Source: Camelus ferus (lineage: Eukaryota). From it: a DNA stretch of 64,000 nt. Under the pieces are notes generated by a model, which saw only the letters and a program-made list of their open reading frames with translations, was not told where the DNA came from and made no database searches. The position numbers and the translations under genes are program-made. How positions within the stretch are numbered: position 1 is the stretch's first letter; every line of letters starts with the position of its first letter. The stretch is taken from the NCBI RefSeq assembly GCF_009834535.1, contig NC_045697.1, positions 44,890,001 through 44,954,000 on the forward strand, written 5' to 3'. This document shows positions 37,381 to 51,190 of this stretch, piece after piece.

Positions 37381-38089
37381 GTTTATTTAGGGGGTAGAAG
37401 TTTTGTTTTGTTTTGTTTACATTTCATCATTTGAAAATATCTATGTGATTAAAAACAATTTTGTTAGCTGTAGTGGCAATTGACAGCCTTTTTAACCATA
37501 TAGAATAGGAAGAGAATTTTAAAATTGTGTTCTTTTTATTCTCTAGTTAATAATGAAGTCAAGTGGAACTTAGTGTCATTCTCAGCCCTCCAGACATTTC
37601 CATTATCCACAAAGGATGCTCTCTGCAGTTCTAGCTGACATATGTGTTGAACCACCACAGTTACAGTTTCACATCTGACAACGCACAGAGCTGACTAGAT
37701 CTAATAGCTGGTACTCCAATAATTGAAACATCTAGGCTTGGGGTTCAGAGTTTCAATCTTGCAGAGCTTCAAATTCCATAATCAAGAGAGCCCAGATTTC
37801 TGAGCTATGTCTCCTCTCACACAGAAGAAACCAGAGAAGGAGTGAGGAGAGACGTGTCATACCCAGGGGGACCCTGTATCTGTATAATCACCTGTAGTGT
37901 CTGGTTTCTAAATTTTATGTCAGTAGTTTGTCTCCAGTGAGTATGTAAGTAAAGCTTTCATCAGTTTATAAACATTGATTTGAAATTGTGTTGTGAGACA
38001 AATCAGGGGGAAATATCACCAAACCTCTAACTTGGGGGCTTGTGATTTAGATAACTTTGGAGTAAGCCCTTTTTTGGCTCATTCATGTA

Positions 38090-38590
38090 ATCAGTGTGTA
38101 AGAGAGAGTAACCCCACACCCCCTCACATTAAATCAAAGGAGGGGGTTACTGACTCCCCTGTCGGGGAAGTCCAGTGGTGACTGCAGACATAGGTAGATG
38201 GCTAAATCAAGGGCTCAAACGATGTTATCTTCATGTTCTTGTTTCTGTTGCATTTTGCATGTTGGTGTAATTCTCTCCTACCGCATACCTGCCTTTTCCT
38301 ATGTAACAAAAAAAGATGGCTCCTGGAAACCCTCCTCTTATGGGGGGTGTACTTCTCTGTCCAGTGGGATAAGGACAGTCTTTTTCCTATTGTCCATTTT
38401 TAAAATAATCTAAGGAGGATTCCTGTTGGCCTTTTGCAGATCATGTGCCAGTTTCATGGCCAATCATTTGTCCTAGAGGATGTAGTGCTGTGGTTGGTGT
38501 GGCTTGGATCATTTACCCACTTCTGTGTCAGGGGGTGGTGACTGAAGGGATTTCAGGATTGGCAGCCCCACAGGGTTCTCCCAAGGAAAC
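38090..38590 (-). mobile_element. Old MLT1 (K-like) LTR
   Basis: 'gaagtccagtgg...atcaagggctcaaacgatgttatc...ttggtgtaattctc...atcatgtgccagtttcatggccaatcatttgtcctagagg'. Confidence 0.55.
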
Positions 38591-39031
38591 CAGAAGAAGC
38601 GTGATGTGCAGCATTTTGGAAATGAAAAAAGAAAAAACCCTGCAGTTGTTGTAGTCTACTACAGATGCCCTCAAAAACCATCATTTCCCTTTCATGCTTA
38701 CCCCGAATGTAACTCTGTTTAATTCTGCTTCTATCCACAAGTACACTGACGTGAGGGATTGGGATGGAGTTTGGGAACTACAGTTTTTAAGTATCTTTCA
38801 TTAACAAAAGACATTCTTGAACTTAATTGCCTTCCCCCAAATTTTCTCTCATTTTTTATAATAAAGTATCAAGAATTTTCAAAGCCAGGGCTAGTCTATA
38901 TTAATTAATTTAAAAAGAGTCCTTGTCCTCCTAAACCTTCAATTAAGAAAGATTGTTGAGAAACCAAAACAAAATGAAAATAGGCTTGTTAAATTACCTG
39001 TTCAGCACATCACCTGGAAGTTAGAAGTTAA

Positions 39032-40828
39032 AGTGATGGCAGCAACGTGACTGAGTAAGATGACCCTCATTCGTATCCTCCCCTCAACAACTACAGTTTG
39101 GCAGCTGTCAGTGGACAGAAGTGCTGTGTGGGAGCTGTGGGATCCGGCACCATATATCAAGCCATCCCAGGACAGTCTCATCCCTGGTGCAGGCTGCCCG
39201 ACCTTGGTCTGTGTTTTGGACCCTGCAGTGGCCCATAAACCGGCTCTACTCACCTTGGATGTGGTCTGGCAGCCCCTGGAAAACAGTCTTAGACAATCAC
39301 CCACAGACGAGATAGCCTCTGTGGAAGCCTAGGTTTCCAGAACAGAAGTTCCAACAACTTTTTTTAGAGCCAAAAAATAAGACATTGGATACACTGGAGA
39401 GGATAAGAAATGCAACTTGACTTTACCAAGGTACCCTCTCCCAAAGACAGCGCATCTCAGTACCAAGAGAGACCTTCCCAGCCGTGATTTCTTTCTTGGG
39501 TGAAAATGGAGTGCTTGGCTTCCCCAGCTGTGTAGGATGCTACCAAAGAGGCCCATCTCTCTCTTGCCCTGTCCAGAGCACTGAAACAATGAGCTGAATG
39601 ACAGGGGTGGGAAGAGGCAGGGAGATTCTCAGAGGGCGTTAAAGGGATGTGGGTCCTACTAGCTGTGTCCTGGATCCACCAAGAAGTGTGCCCATGAGCT
39701 GCTGGCAAGCCTCACCCACAAATCCCCCAGCTGGCCCAGAGGCACCCCTGCCCTTGATGTGCCTCACCACACACCCCCTCACCCTGTGGCCAGCTCTCTG
39801 GGCAGGCTCCTGACCATGGCAATAGTGAGCTTTGGCAGACGGCTAGAGAGCATGCATAGACATTACAGATGGCCAACAGGTACATGAAAACATCACTGAT
39901 CATCAGGGAAATGCAAATCAAACACTAATCACTAATCATCAGGGAAATGCAAATCAAAACCACAGTGATATATCTATCACCTCATACCTGTTAGAATAAC
40001 TGTTATCAAAAAGACAAGAGACAAGTGTTGGCAAGAATGTGAAGAAAAGGAAACCCTTGTCCACTGTTGATGAGAATGTAAATTGGTGCATTCACTATGG
40101 AAAACAGTGTGGAGGTTTCTCAGAAAATTAAAACTAGAACTACCACATGATTTGGCAATCCCACTTCTGGATATATATCCAAAGGAGATGCAGTCAGGGT
40201 CTTGGAGAGACATCTGTATCCCCACCCCCTCATATTCATCACAGCATTGTTCACAATAGCTGAGATATGGAAACGTCCTTAGCATCTGTTTTTGAATGTA
40301 TGGATAAAGAAAATGTGGTTTACATAGTGAATGAAATATTACTCAGCCACAAGATAGAAGGAAGTCCTGTTATTTGCAGCAACATGGATGGACCTTGAGG
40401 ACATTATGTTAAGTGACATCAGAGAAAAACAAACACTATATGATGTTACTTATATGTGGAATCGGAAAGAGCCAAACTCATAGAAACAGAGAGTAGAATG
40501 GTGGGTGCCAGGGGCTGAGGGGTAGGGGAGATATTGTTCAAAGAGCACAGACTTCCAGTTACAAGATAAATAAGTTCTGGGAATCTAATGTACAGCATGC
40601 ATGGTGATTATAATTCCTAACTGTATTACGTACTTGAAAGTTGCTAAGAAAGTAGATTTTCCATGTAGTCTACAAAAAAGAAATGGTAATCATGTGAGGT
40701 GATGGAGGTGTTGGCTAACTCTACTATGACAACCATTCCACAATAGGTAAGTGTATCAAATTAATACATTGTATGCCTTAAACGTACACAATGTTACATG
40801 TCTATTATATCTCAATAAAGCTGGAAAA
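39032..40828 (+). mobile_element. Internally deleted or spliced L1 (L1MA lineage): 5' UTR-like segment fused to the ORF2 end and 3' UTR, with a 14-bp TSD
   Basis: TSD AAGTTAGAAGTTAA (39018-39031) / AAGTCAGAAGTTAA (40829-40842). GC-richer L1 5'-end-like segment 39032-39858. ORF2 end from about 39859 ('agacattacagatggccaacaggtacatgaaaa'), then 3' UTR ending 'ctcaataaagctggaaaaaa'. Confidence 0.8.
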
Positions 40829-41454
40829 AAGTCAGAAGTTAATCACGAATATAGAGTTTATATCTTACTATGCATACTTTTATTACTTTAGAGATGTGGA
40901 GAAACCCCCAAACTTGAGTATAGCAAATCCTAGTAGGCTTTTAGGACCAATGGTGATGCAATCGGGAGACCACCATTGCTTTATGACATGGTATTGGCTA
41001 GAGGTGATGTGGAGGACACCTGAAAAGTCTGTTTCTTACTGGGGAAATAATCAAAACTTTGTAAATACGGGGTCCTTTTCTGAATGGAACTTTGTAAGCA
41101 GCCCTTTACACAGCAATTCAACCCATAAGCTGCCTGGAGATCTCAGTGAATGTTTCCTATTTCCAAAATTGCTTTAAGGCTCGTTCTAACTAGGAAACGC
41201 TGAGCCACAAGTTGTTTCAGGTAACCTCTCAGGTATGCTCATCCAGTTGGTCTCAAAGTGTGGTTTGGATGCTGAGTTATAAAACATCAAAACTGTAGAG
41301 TCATCACTTTTCTGAATATACTTTCAAAACTGTATTCTACCTTTGTTCTAAAAAATGCATATTTGGGTCTGTTGGGCCAATATTTTACATGAAGAAACAA
41401 GTGGGTTTCAGGCAGAACTCTGCTACTAAGGAAAGCAGGAAGGTAAAGTAGTTA

Positions 41455-41680
41455 CAATAGTTTGGAGTCAGGGAATTTTTATTTTAACTTTGCTGTGTGA
41501 CCAGATTCTTGGAAAAAGTTTCTTCACCTTTTTGAGTCTTCTCACTAAACATTAGAAATACTTAATAGATAGTGTTGCAAATGCTGATGAGATAGTATTG
41601 GTTAAGGACTTATGCCAAAATCAGGTATCTAGTAAGTGTGCTTAAGTGTATGTTTGTTTAAATTATTGTTGTTACTTTTT
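41455..41680 (+). mobile_element. MIR SINE, degenerate
   Basis: 'tttggagtcagg...tttgctgtgtgacc...ggaaaaagtttcttcacctttttgagtc...atctagtaagtgtgcttaag'. Confidence 0.6.
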
Positions 41681-42263
41681 ACTGTTATTATACATTTTTA
41701 ATAGTATGGGGAAAATGTGTCAAAATCTGTACAAGATTATTTTCCCCCTTTATTGATTTCTGATTCTGTATACTTATTTATGCGCCAAGCGATGTGAACC
41801 TAAATTTCTCCTTGGTAAGTAAGGTGACTGTTTTAACTGTTGCATAAACCTTACCAGGTTCCCTCTTTTCAGATGTTTCTGCATTTGCCCTGAAATTGTA
41901 AAGATATTGTCTCTTTTGTCATTGAGTGATCCCTGCTGCCTCCTTACATGGGAAATTTCTGTCAGAGGTTTGGTTCTAGGAAAAGCTTTATCTCCCTTGG
42001 GAAAGTAGTGAGTTTCCTCTTCTCAGATCAAAATGACTTATGTGATTCATCACGTTTTCCTCTTAGTCTTGTTTGTCAGGAAGATTATATAGTTGGTCTT
42101 TTCACTCAATCACAGCCACTTGACTCATTGTTATATTTTGAATATTTACTTTTCTCCTCCTATTTCCTATTAAACGTTTAGTTTATTAATTTATTTTTGT
42201 CTTCTTTTGACCAAGTATCCTTTTGCAAAAGAGGTAAGGCAGAAATGTATATTTTATATAAAT

Positions 42264-42283
42264 ACATGTGTGTATGTATGTGC

Positions 42284-42314
<31 letters not shown>
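42264..42314. repeat. (TG)/(TA) compound microsatellite
   Basis: Read directly. Confidence 0.85.
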
Positions 42315-44019
42315 TCTTCATGAAGAAATAGTTTCTTGTTAATTTTTGTTTGGAATTTTGACACCCAAGTTCTGATATTAGCAACTTCTTTAATCCAGCT
42401 AGTGCTTTCCCCCTTTTTCACTTCCTTCATATGTTTGTCCAACAAATACTTCTTGGTGCCCAATATAATGGTTTTTAGGTGGGGAAGACTCTATGAAAAT
42501 GAATCAAATTGTCATCAGTGAGCATCTGTGCTACCAGGGAATATGGACTCTTGAGAGGAGTAACAGGCCTAATGAGATCAGAATTGCTTTCTATAAAAAA
42601 AAATTCCAAAATTTGAATACCATGCTGACTCTGATGTAAAATGACAGATAGGAGAAAGGCCTGGGCTTTTTTCCTGACATTATTACTGAATCTAATGGCA
42701 TTCCACTAGTTTGTCCACAGCCTCAGGAGAAATTGTTTCTTCTGTTCATTATCTTGGTACCTTTTCTACCATAGTTACAAATAAGATGTCCTTTCCTATC
42801 TGCAAAGAAAGAGAATGAATTTTGTTTTGTCACATCCCTGACTGTGCTTTTAAAGACAAGGAGAAAATATGGCTAAGAGCCTGTGGTTGTTGAGACCTAT
42901 TTCCTTGTCATTTTATACTACACTTTTAGGATGTTTCTCAGGACAGCTTAACTCTCCTAGCTTAATGTTGTCATATTTTCCTCCCTGTGGTTGTTTAAGG
43001 CAACGAGAGGCCTTTTATCCTATTTCATGAGGAAATGCAATGCTTATTAATCATGGTTATTTTATTCATAAGTCAACACTGCCTCAGCAGAGCCTGAATC
43101 ACCCCAAGGATAACTCTTCCTGTGTAAAGGGAGGCTTTCAGGTCGTGTGCCTCTTTAGGGAAGTTTCTTTTCATCTCAGAGAATGTTTTTTGACTTTAAC
43201 TTAATGATACATTTCATTTAGGAAAGCTGCTCCCCTGTACTGGGGATAATGGTACTTATTTTTGGACTCATTCTCTCAATGCCTGTTGAACCACCATTGT
43301 GAGTTTTATGCCATGTTGGGACCTGGACTGAACATAACTGCACTATTTTACATCTTAAAACTGTATTAAAGTCTGGAAGTAAGGATATAAGGTAGTTTGT
43401 CGGTCTATAGTTTTGTTGGTCTTCTCTCAAACTTTGATTCTAAGAGCAAATCCTGGATATGAGAAGGGCTTTATGAATTTGGTATAAACCCTGTTATTGA
43501 AGTTGCGGTAACCAATCAGATTTTAGCACTGAAAGCTCTGGGTCCCAGGAAACTCCAGCAAATTAGCACAGTTGGTCACATTTGAAGCATAGACAGAAGC
43601 TGTACCGTAATACGACCATAAGGTGGTTTGGACTCTAGAATCTCAATTTCCCATAAGGCTATCTTAAACACAGCATTCTATTTGCAAGGAAACTATACCT
43701 ATTTACTAGCTAAATTATAACAAGGAGTTTTACAGAAATCAAGAAGGGTGTCCAGGGTCCAGGCTAGGTGAGACTCAGGTGGCTCTGAGGACCTCAGCAG
43801 CTCAAGTTCAAGGAATTTCAATGTAGTATTCTGCCATTAATATAAGCTTGCTCTCAACTCCCTTAGGCTCCATGCCCCTTAGTTCAAATTTTTGAGAACA
43901 AAAATCTCAGGGGCTCAACCATGCCTGTGGATTGGTTACTCTTAGGTCTTGTGTCCAAACCTGGTCTATGTAGCAATGGCTCCGGGCCCAGGCAGTGATC
44001 ATTGCAGCCAACTGCCCAG

Positions 44020-44390
44020 CACAGCTGATCATGATAATTCTCTTCCCCTTGCCTGGGATCTGTTTAGGAATGGATATGTTACCCAATTCTGGTCAATGAG
44101 ACCTGAGGGGCATATTCTGGAGGGCTCTTGGGAATGGTTCATAAATCCCCAGAATGAGATGCAATGTCCTCTCTGTACTGTTGTGTCTGCTTGTGTTGCC
44201 TGGAACTACAGCAACCATCTTGCTGGTGACCTGAGGATGAAGGCAACACAAGAAGAGAGCATCTCTGAGAGAGAAAAATCCTGAGTCTTTGATGAAATCC
44301 TTGAGTCCGTGAATCAACCCAGAATGTGCCCTACCTCTGGACTTCCTGTAATGAGAGTTTAAAATATTCTTTCTTTGTTTAAGCCATTGA
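44020..44390 (+). mobile_element. MLT1J-type LTR
   Basis: 'tttaggaatggatatgttacccaattctggtcaatgagacctgagg...gcctggaactacagcaaccatcttg...cctgagtctttgatga...ccctacctctggacttcctgtaatgaga...tttgtttaagccattg'. Confidence 0.85.
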
Positions 44391-44433
44391 GAAATATATA
44401 ATATACCCTGTATCCTAGGGTAATAGTAATTAA

Positions 44434-44498
<65 letters not shown>

Positions 44499-44553
44499 AT
44501 AATAATAATAATAATAATGACAACAACAACAACAACAACAATAATAATAATAG
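44434..44553. repeat. In-phase compound trinucleotide repeat (TAG)21(TAA)7 TGA (CAA)7(TAA)3 TAG
   Basis: Counted directly from the sequence. Confidence 0.95.
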
Positions 44554-45305
44554 TATATCCTCCATGAACACCAGTTGGCTGGCAGGAGCTGGTAGGGCTG
44601 CTCCTCTGGGTGGAATACATTCTTTAAGAAAGCTCAAGAGGGAAGAAAAAATGAGGAGTATCCCGTCTGCATGGATCAAGCAGACTCACTGCAGTTCTTC
44701 TTTTGACTTGATTCCTATTTTGAATGTGCTGCATACACACCCCCTTTCTCTTTAAAGAGAATAAGAGATAAAAGATTCTACCTCCTTTTACTTACAAATG
44801 CACTGTCTCTAATCATAGCCCAAGAAGGGCTCCAATAAGCAGTGAGCCCTGGTATCTCTTAGTTATCAGAAGGAAGCACCTCAAAAATAAAGTTATCATG
44901 ATCAGTTAGACATCTTCTAGTATTAACTGGATTATAATATAATTATAAGATAAAAAGTATCTTATCTGGTTACCCAGGGTACATTGTGTAAGCAGTTCAT
45001 TTTGGAGTGTGTAGGAGGAGGTTTCATTGTTCAAGGGTAAACATTTAACAGGTGCTCTACATATGTGTGTGTATATGTATATTTTTTTTAATGGTCAAGC
45101 TAGGCATTTTATAGTATCTAATTCTGTAATTGTCCAGGCTTAACATGCTGCCATGTTTGTGTCATGGAATTCTGGATGCCATGACTGTTGACTCATCTGT
45201 GAGTTAGACTAGGAGGATCTCGGCAAGAGGGAAGCTCTGTGGGAAGGAGGGTGCTCTTGCCTAGCATGTCCTAGAATAATCTGACTAGCTGTGGAAGCAT
45301 GTGTT

Positions 45306-45484
45306 CAGAGTTGGTTTCGCAGGTGTGTGATCTATGCGATCACACACGGCCCCACCTTCAGAAGGGCCTTGTGCTTGGTTTAATATTGTAGCCATCTTGA
45401 AATTCTTAATCATTTTGAACAAGGGACTCTGTAGTTTTATTTGGTATGGGTCCCTGCATGTGGTTCCATACTCATTGGGATCTG
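45306..45484 (+). mobile_element. MER91A-like hAT element
   Basis: 'gatcacacacggccccaccttcagaagggccttgtgcttggtttaat...gccatcttgaaattcttaatcattttgaacaaggg'. Confidence 0.8.
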
Positions 45485-46814
45485 GCAGCACCAAACAGTT
45501 ACATTCTTGGTCCTGATCAGAGAAGGAGTTTTGAACACACAGCCCTTAGTTCTTATCGAAGCTCATTAAACAGCATTTGTGGAGATTGGCTGAAGGATCT
45601 GTGGCCTTTCTATTCCACAAAACATGCTAAAATCAATTTCTGGGTTAAGCCAATGATCAGAGTGCCTGGACCTCATCATTTGCTGCTCTCATCCCTGTGG
45701 ACCCCACATTGCTTTCCTGAATTGCCCTTTTTGTGGTAGCGAGCCCTCATATTGCAGGATGTTTAAAAAAGTCCATATCCCATCATCATCCCATTTCCTG
45801 GAGAAATGTCGTTGAGGGTGTTGTTTATAACAATAGGCATCATCCTTGTTACTGGGGATCAATGGATGATGTATTTCTTTGTTCTCAGTACCAAGAACGC
45901 TTTTCTTGGCCAGTTTAACTGGTTTATCTCTTGCATATAGAATTCTATGGTTACATTTTCGGACTTGTCTTGGTTGCTGGAAACCTTCAGAAAAAAGTGA
46001 CAAAGGACTAAAGGCACAAACCTCATTGTTTGCATTTTGTGTAGTCACTTCATCCTTGCTCTCATCTTCCACACCTCATTTTCCCTCTGCCTTCATTTTC
46101 TTACCCACTTGTATTTTAATAGTAATCTATTTTTGTCATATCATATGCAATATTGTCAGCTGCCTTAAGTTCTTCTGCCATATGGTGAATAGTAACTATA
46201 ACAAAAGTTATTTCTCATATATACTATGTTTCCACAGGGGAATATAAGGGGAACATTTTTAAAGAGTGGCAAAATCTGAGGGATAAAGAACAGTGACAGA
46301 ATTTTTACTGTGTAGAGATAGATACAAAGAAGTCATTTTAGAATGGTGTTAATGCAAGAAATGGTAAGGAAATGCTTGGTAATAATAAAATACGACTTTG
46401 AAATAGATAGCTTTTTACCTGAAAATCAATTGTGTTTGAGTTTTACTTCATGGTGACTCTTGAAAAATCCTCATTTCTTTGTGCTTCAGTCTCATCTCTG
46501 AAGAGTGGGTAATAACATGTTTCCAAATATGTAGGAGAGGTATTTAATATTACCAGAGTTCAAAGAAAAAAAGAATTGCCTTGAAATACACATTTTTGTA
46601 AGCACAAAGAATTTATTATTGCTGATTTTTAATAAAGCTACTTTTGTTTCAGTGCTATTTTTTCTAGTTGTTTTGATTTTTGTAAAGAGTGGAAGATTGC
46701 TAACATTGGATATAAAATAAGTTTAGGAAGAAATACATGAAGTTGTAATACGTAGTTTTGTTTTCTCAAGTCTTGTATTGTCATGTTTTTCTCATAACAT
46801 TTTTTGATCCAGTA

Positions 46815-46945
46815 ATTAATTCAATATTTATTCACAAATGTATATTGAGGATCTATAACATATCAAATATTGTTCTAAGTGACAGCGTTCTTGTATCAGT
46901 GAGCAAAAAACACCCTGCCTTCATGGTTCTTACATTCTAATGATT
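46815..46945 (-). mobile_element. L2 3' tail
   Basis: 'tttattcacaaatgtatattgaggatcta...cagtgagcaaaaaacaccctgccttcatggttcttacattcta'. Confidence 0.75.
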
Positions 46946-49900
46946 TCTCCCAAATCAGCTCCATTGATTTCTTGAGTTTATGTTCCTTTTCCAGTGCTAT
47001 ATTTTACTTTGTTATTGACATATTAAAATCAACTTTGCCTGAGATATAACATCTACCAGTGTCCTGGGTTCTCCTCCTCTTTCTTTTTCTACTGATCAAA
47101 TAGCTGGAAGCCTCACTTGATTTGCTAGTGAACTACATATTTTACGGATTATGGGGGTTATGTGATGTGCTTGATTTGGGCTAATTTACATAAATTTCCT
47201 GATTAAGCTACGTATTAGCCTTTTGACCTTTGCACTTCTTCAAAGGTAGAGAATAATTAGCCTGCACAATTTGATAGAATTCACATCTGCTAAATTTTTT
47301 TCTTTTGCTTCAATTAACAGAGACTTCTGATAATATATAGATTTTCTTCCACGCTAACTATGAGTAAGCTATTTTCATTCTGTCAGGAACGGAACCATTG
47401 AGAATTGTCCGTATTCAAAGAATAAACTATGCCACTCTTGTTCAAAGCAAGTAGAAAAAAAATCAAGGCATTTGCCAATGGAGGACAGCAGTTTTTTAGC
47501 TGCAAGGGCTTCCTTTCTTTACAACTTACAAGGAAACGAAAAGGGGGATGCTGTTTGCAAAAACATGTGAGTTTTCGGGGAGCACTCAAATGAACATCTA
47601 ATACAATGCCTGGTTAGATGGGGGTTTGACATTTCTTTTCTGGAAGGAATGCCACTTAACTATTCAACTCACTTCTCTGACTAGATGGAGAAAAGCTACC
47701 TCAAAATAGCTTTGTCCTGAGGATAACTATCCTGGAGGAAAGAAATAACGTGACTTTTTATGGTAAGGCTTGACAAAGGCCACAGAGACTTTAAGCTGTG
47801 ATCCTGTTTGTTTTGAGGCTCACTGCTATTAGCAGCTCTCTGGGGGATTTCGATGGCTCTAGGATGTCACTCTCCCTTCTTAGCCCAAGGGAAACTCACC
47901 ATGAAGAAAAGAGAAGGCTTGACTTCTCAGTGCAGCTCCCATATCAAGACTTACAGGTCCAGATGAAGGGCTGATGTTGACTGAAAGGTTTTCTCTACCT
48001 ACCTTGGCGTTGCTTCAGAAACCCCGGCTGGCTGTGTTACCTTAGCTAAAGAACAGAGACCTTGGACGTCAAGGGGTTAAGCTTGAGGGAACAGAATCTG
48101 CTTCCCTTGGCAAACCAGGCTGGCCCGTGCAAGCCTCTGAGCCAGCAGCGGAGTCATAAGACAATGGGCAAAGGCCTTCCAGGTTGTGTGACTTTTCAGC
48201 AGCGACCTTGTGTGGTGGCCACGGGAGCAACATCAACCGAGAGATGAAACTCACTAGTGGGCGGACAGAGTTTCGTTTTCTCAGTGTGAAGGTTTGGGTT
48301 AAGGATTCTGAGTAAACTTCCAAGGCGCTAGAATAACTAGGCAGGGAGAGGGGAAACCTCTGAAAGGGGGAAACTTCCTGTTCATCTGTGATGCCGGTGG
48401 GGTGGGTGCTAGAGATGGATATTTTTAAATTTGAAAAATAAAAGAAATGAAGTGGGATAATCTATGACATACATCCTGTTGGTCCATGTCAAGGAGTCTG
48501 CAAGTGGATGGACTGGGACGGCTTTTCTAAAGCAACAAGAGACCATTGTGAGCACTCCCAGGAGGAGCATTTCCGTGAAGCAGCACTTACGGATCCCTTG
48601 GCCAAGTTAACTCCGTGGGTCTTTCCAGTAGTTAATGTGAGTGGTATCATTTCAAATTAGAGTGTTCCCACTTAGTCTGCCTATGAATCTTTGTGTAGGC
48701 GTCTTACTGTGGGAGAAAGTCTATGCATAGTTTCAAATCCAAGCCTGTTTAAGGAGTTTACACTTTCTCATGAGCCAGGGGAAAGGAGTGAATTTTGTCT
48801 CTTTTCAAAAATTACCTCAAACCACTTCAGTCTAGGACACTTTTCTATTCTCTCTACACACAGAAATAGTATTTTTCGTTCTTTCCTTTTTTTTTAAAGG
48901 CTCTGGGAGGGACTTACTTGGTTCTCATCATAGGGCTTTGCTATGGAGCTTGGTTTTTCCCTCTTCCCAACACTCCAGTAGACACTATCATTTTTTTTTC
49001 CTCCTTTATTAAGACTGGTTATAATGCCCATGGGCCCCAGCCAAACTCCCAGAAGGCACGTTGCATAATAGTGGTTTAGCAGAATGTGAGGACTGGTTTC
49101 TCATAGATCTAAAATTTGTCCTGGAGCGCAGTCCTCGTTTCCATTTCAGAAACTATGTACAGTATTTAAACACTCAACATTTGATGGCCATGGAAAGCTA
49201 TGGCAGGAGTAATAAGTGTGACATTGCCTAGCAGATAGCAGATACACAATAATATCTAGCACATAGCAGATATAAAATAAATGTCCACTGAAAAAATCAA
49301 TGAAAAACTGCTTATTAAGAAAATATCATCTATTTGAAAGGGAAGAGACAAATTAGCTATAGTGATAAGTCACTGTCACATTTGCTAACTTACAAAGAGT
49401 CTGCCTAAAATTCCAAGGAATAACTATTTAAAGGAATTCTAATTAGCAAAACTTGGAAAAAGCACATAGCCTGTTTACATCCTGCTCTATGAGAAAACAC
49501 CATTAGCAAGGTTAGCCAGCCTAAATCCTAGTCATTGCTTAGGAACAGGATTTACTCCTTCAAGGTTTTAGTAAACGTTCAAGGCTCCTGAACAAGTCAG
49601 GGAGGAAACTGACTTTCAGCAAAAACCTGAAACATATATTACATTTTCTAAAACTCCAGTTGTGCAGGATTAATTTAAATGATCTCAGGAGGCTCTAAAA
49701 CCCCCAAACCACCTTGTACACATTACTCATATAACCACTTTTATGATGTATAAGGGGAAACAGAAAGAGAGCTTCTCAGGGTACCAATATTATGAGCACA
49801 ATAACTTTGTTTTAAAAGCAGTGATGTTGAGCCAGTGATAACAGAGAAACACAGGCATTTAATGCCTTCAAAATGGGTTTCAAATCCACTGCATTACACC

Positions 49901-50399
49901 TTGCCCGTATGCAAAAGACATGGCTAAACTTTTCCCTTAAATTGGAAGCTTCACCCTGAATAAAAGACACACATTCAGGAGATGATTCCAAATCACCAGT
50001 TGGTGGGCCAGCTGCATTAGAATGAGCTGGGAACTTGCCAAAATGTTGATTTGCAGGTTACACTCTTGAAATTGTGCCTCAGTAGGTCTTGGTGAGGCTC
50101 AACTCTGTGTGTATATTTACAATTTCTATTTATAGTGGTAGAATCGATCAGATGATTGGAGAAGTCTTTCCTGATACACATCTAAAAATTCCCAGTATGA
50201 TATTTAAAGTTAGGAGTATCTATGTATTGTTCTTTCTAAACGAGAGGAAGAGAGCCCTGATCCCACACTTCATGCTTTTAGAACCGTGAAGTAAACACAC
50301 ACACATCCACACACACCCACACCCACACACACATTTTATAAGCAGTTGACTTGGAAGCAGAATAATGGAATTCTTTGTGTTCGAGGTGGTAAAGAAGAT

Positions 50400-51080
50400 T
50401 GACTCCACAGAATGAAGCCCTGCCCTGGGGTCTCTGCTGATTGAAAGTGGTCTGCAGCGTGGGTTTCAAGAGTCCACATGTGTGCCAGAGGGAAACAAAG
50501 CTTAGGGTCCCACGCAGATTGAGGGGTCAGATCAGAGTTTGCACATAAACTCAGAACCCCTAAAAGATAATACACTCAGAGGGTGCCAGAAAATTGTCTG
50601 CCCCTGAGGTGTTGTGGCTATGCACCTGTTTAGTTCTGCCTCTGGGCGGAACAAAGACTGAAAGAAGACTGCCTCCTCTGATAATCCCCCCGTAAGCTCG
50701 CACTCACGCAGGACAGTGGTTTGAATTCACACTATCCTGTAGGTGCCAGAACACCCCCAGAAGTGTGTTTAGTGTGAGATGGCCCTGGCTGGTGTGGCCT
50801 CCAGGTGGCAAGTAGAAGCCAAACAAACCCTCCCTGAAGGCCTACACTTTAAACAGGGCCTCAAGAAATCCCACGGATGATGTTCCAAGTCAAATGAACT
50901 CATGATTTATAAAATCCCTGCAGGTACGAGGAAGTAAGCCACTGTGAGTGAGAAACAGCAGTAGCAGAGACCTACAGAAGCAGATGTGCAAGAACTAGAG
51001 GTGTTGGAATGGTCACACATCAAGTATAATATGTAATGAAAATAGAAGGTATTCATGCATTTTATGATCAAGAATAAGAA
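50400..51080 (+). mobile_element. HAL1 or old L1 5'-region fragment
   Basis: 'gaggaagtaagccactgtgagtgagaaacagcag...caagaactagaggtgttggaatggtcacac..agtataatatg' resembles the HAL1 ORF1 start region. Confidence 0.55.
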
Positions 51081-51190
51081 GATGCCACTGTCGTTGCTCT
51101 GTATTCTCCACGGGCTCAGGAGCGCATCAGTGATCTGCGGTTTGCGTTGGTACTTTTCTGACTTATAAACAAATAAAAGTATAGTATGTC

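Noticed and set aside
44093..44679. ORFs with poly-Thr/Ile and poly-Leu
   Set aside because: Translation of the compound microsatellite plus MLT1J.
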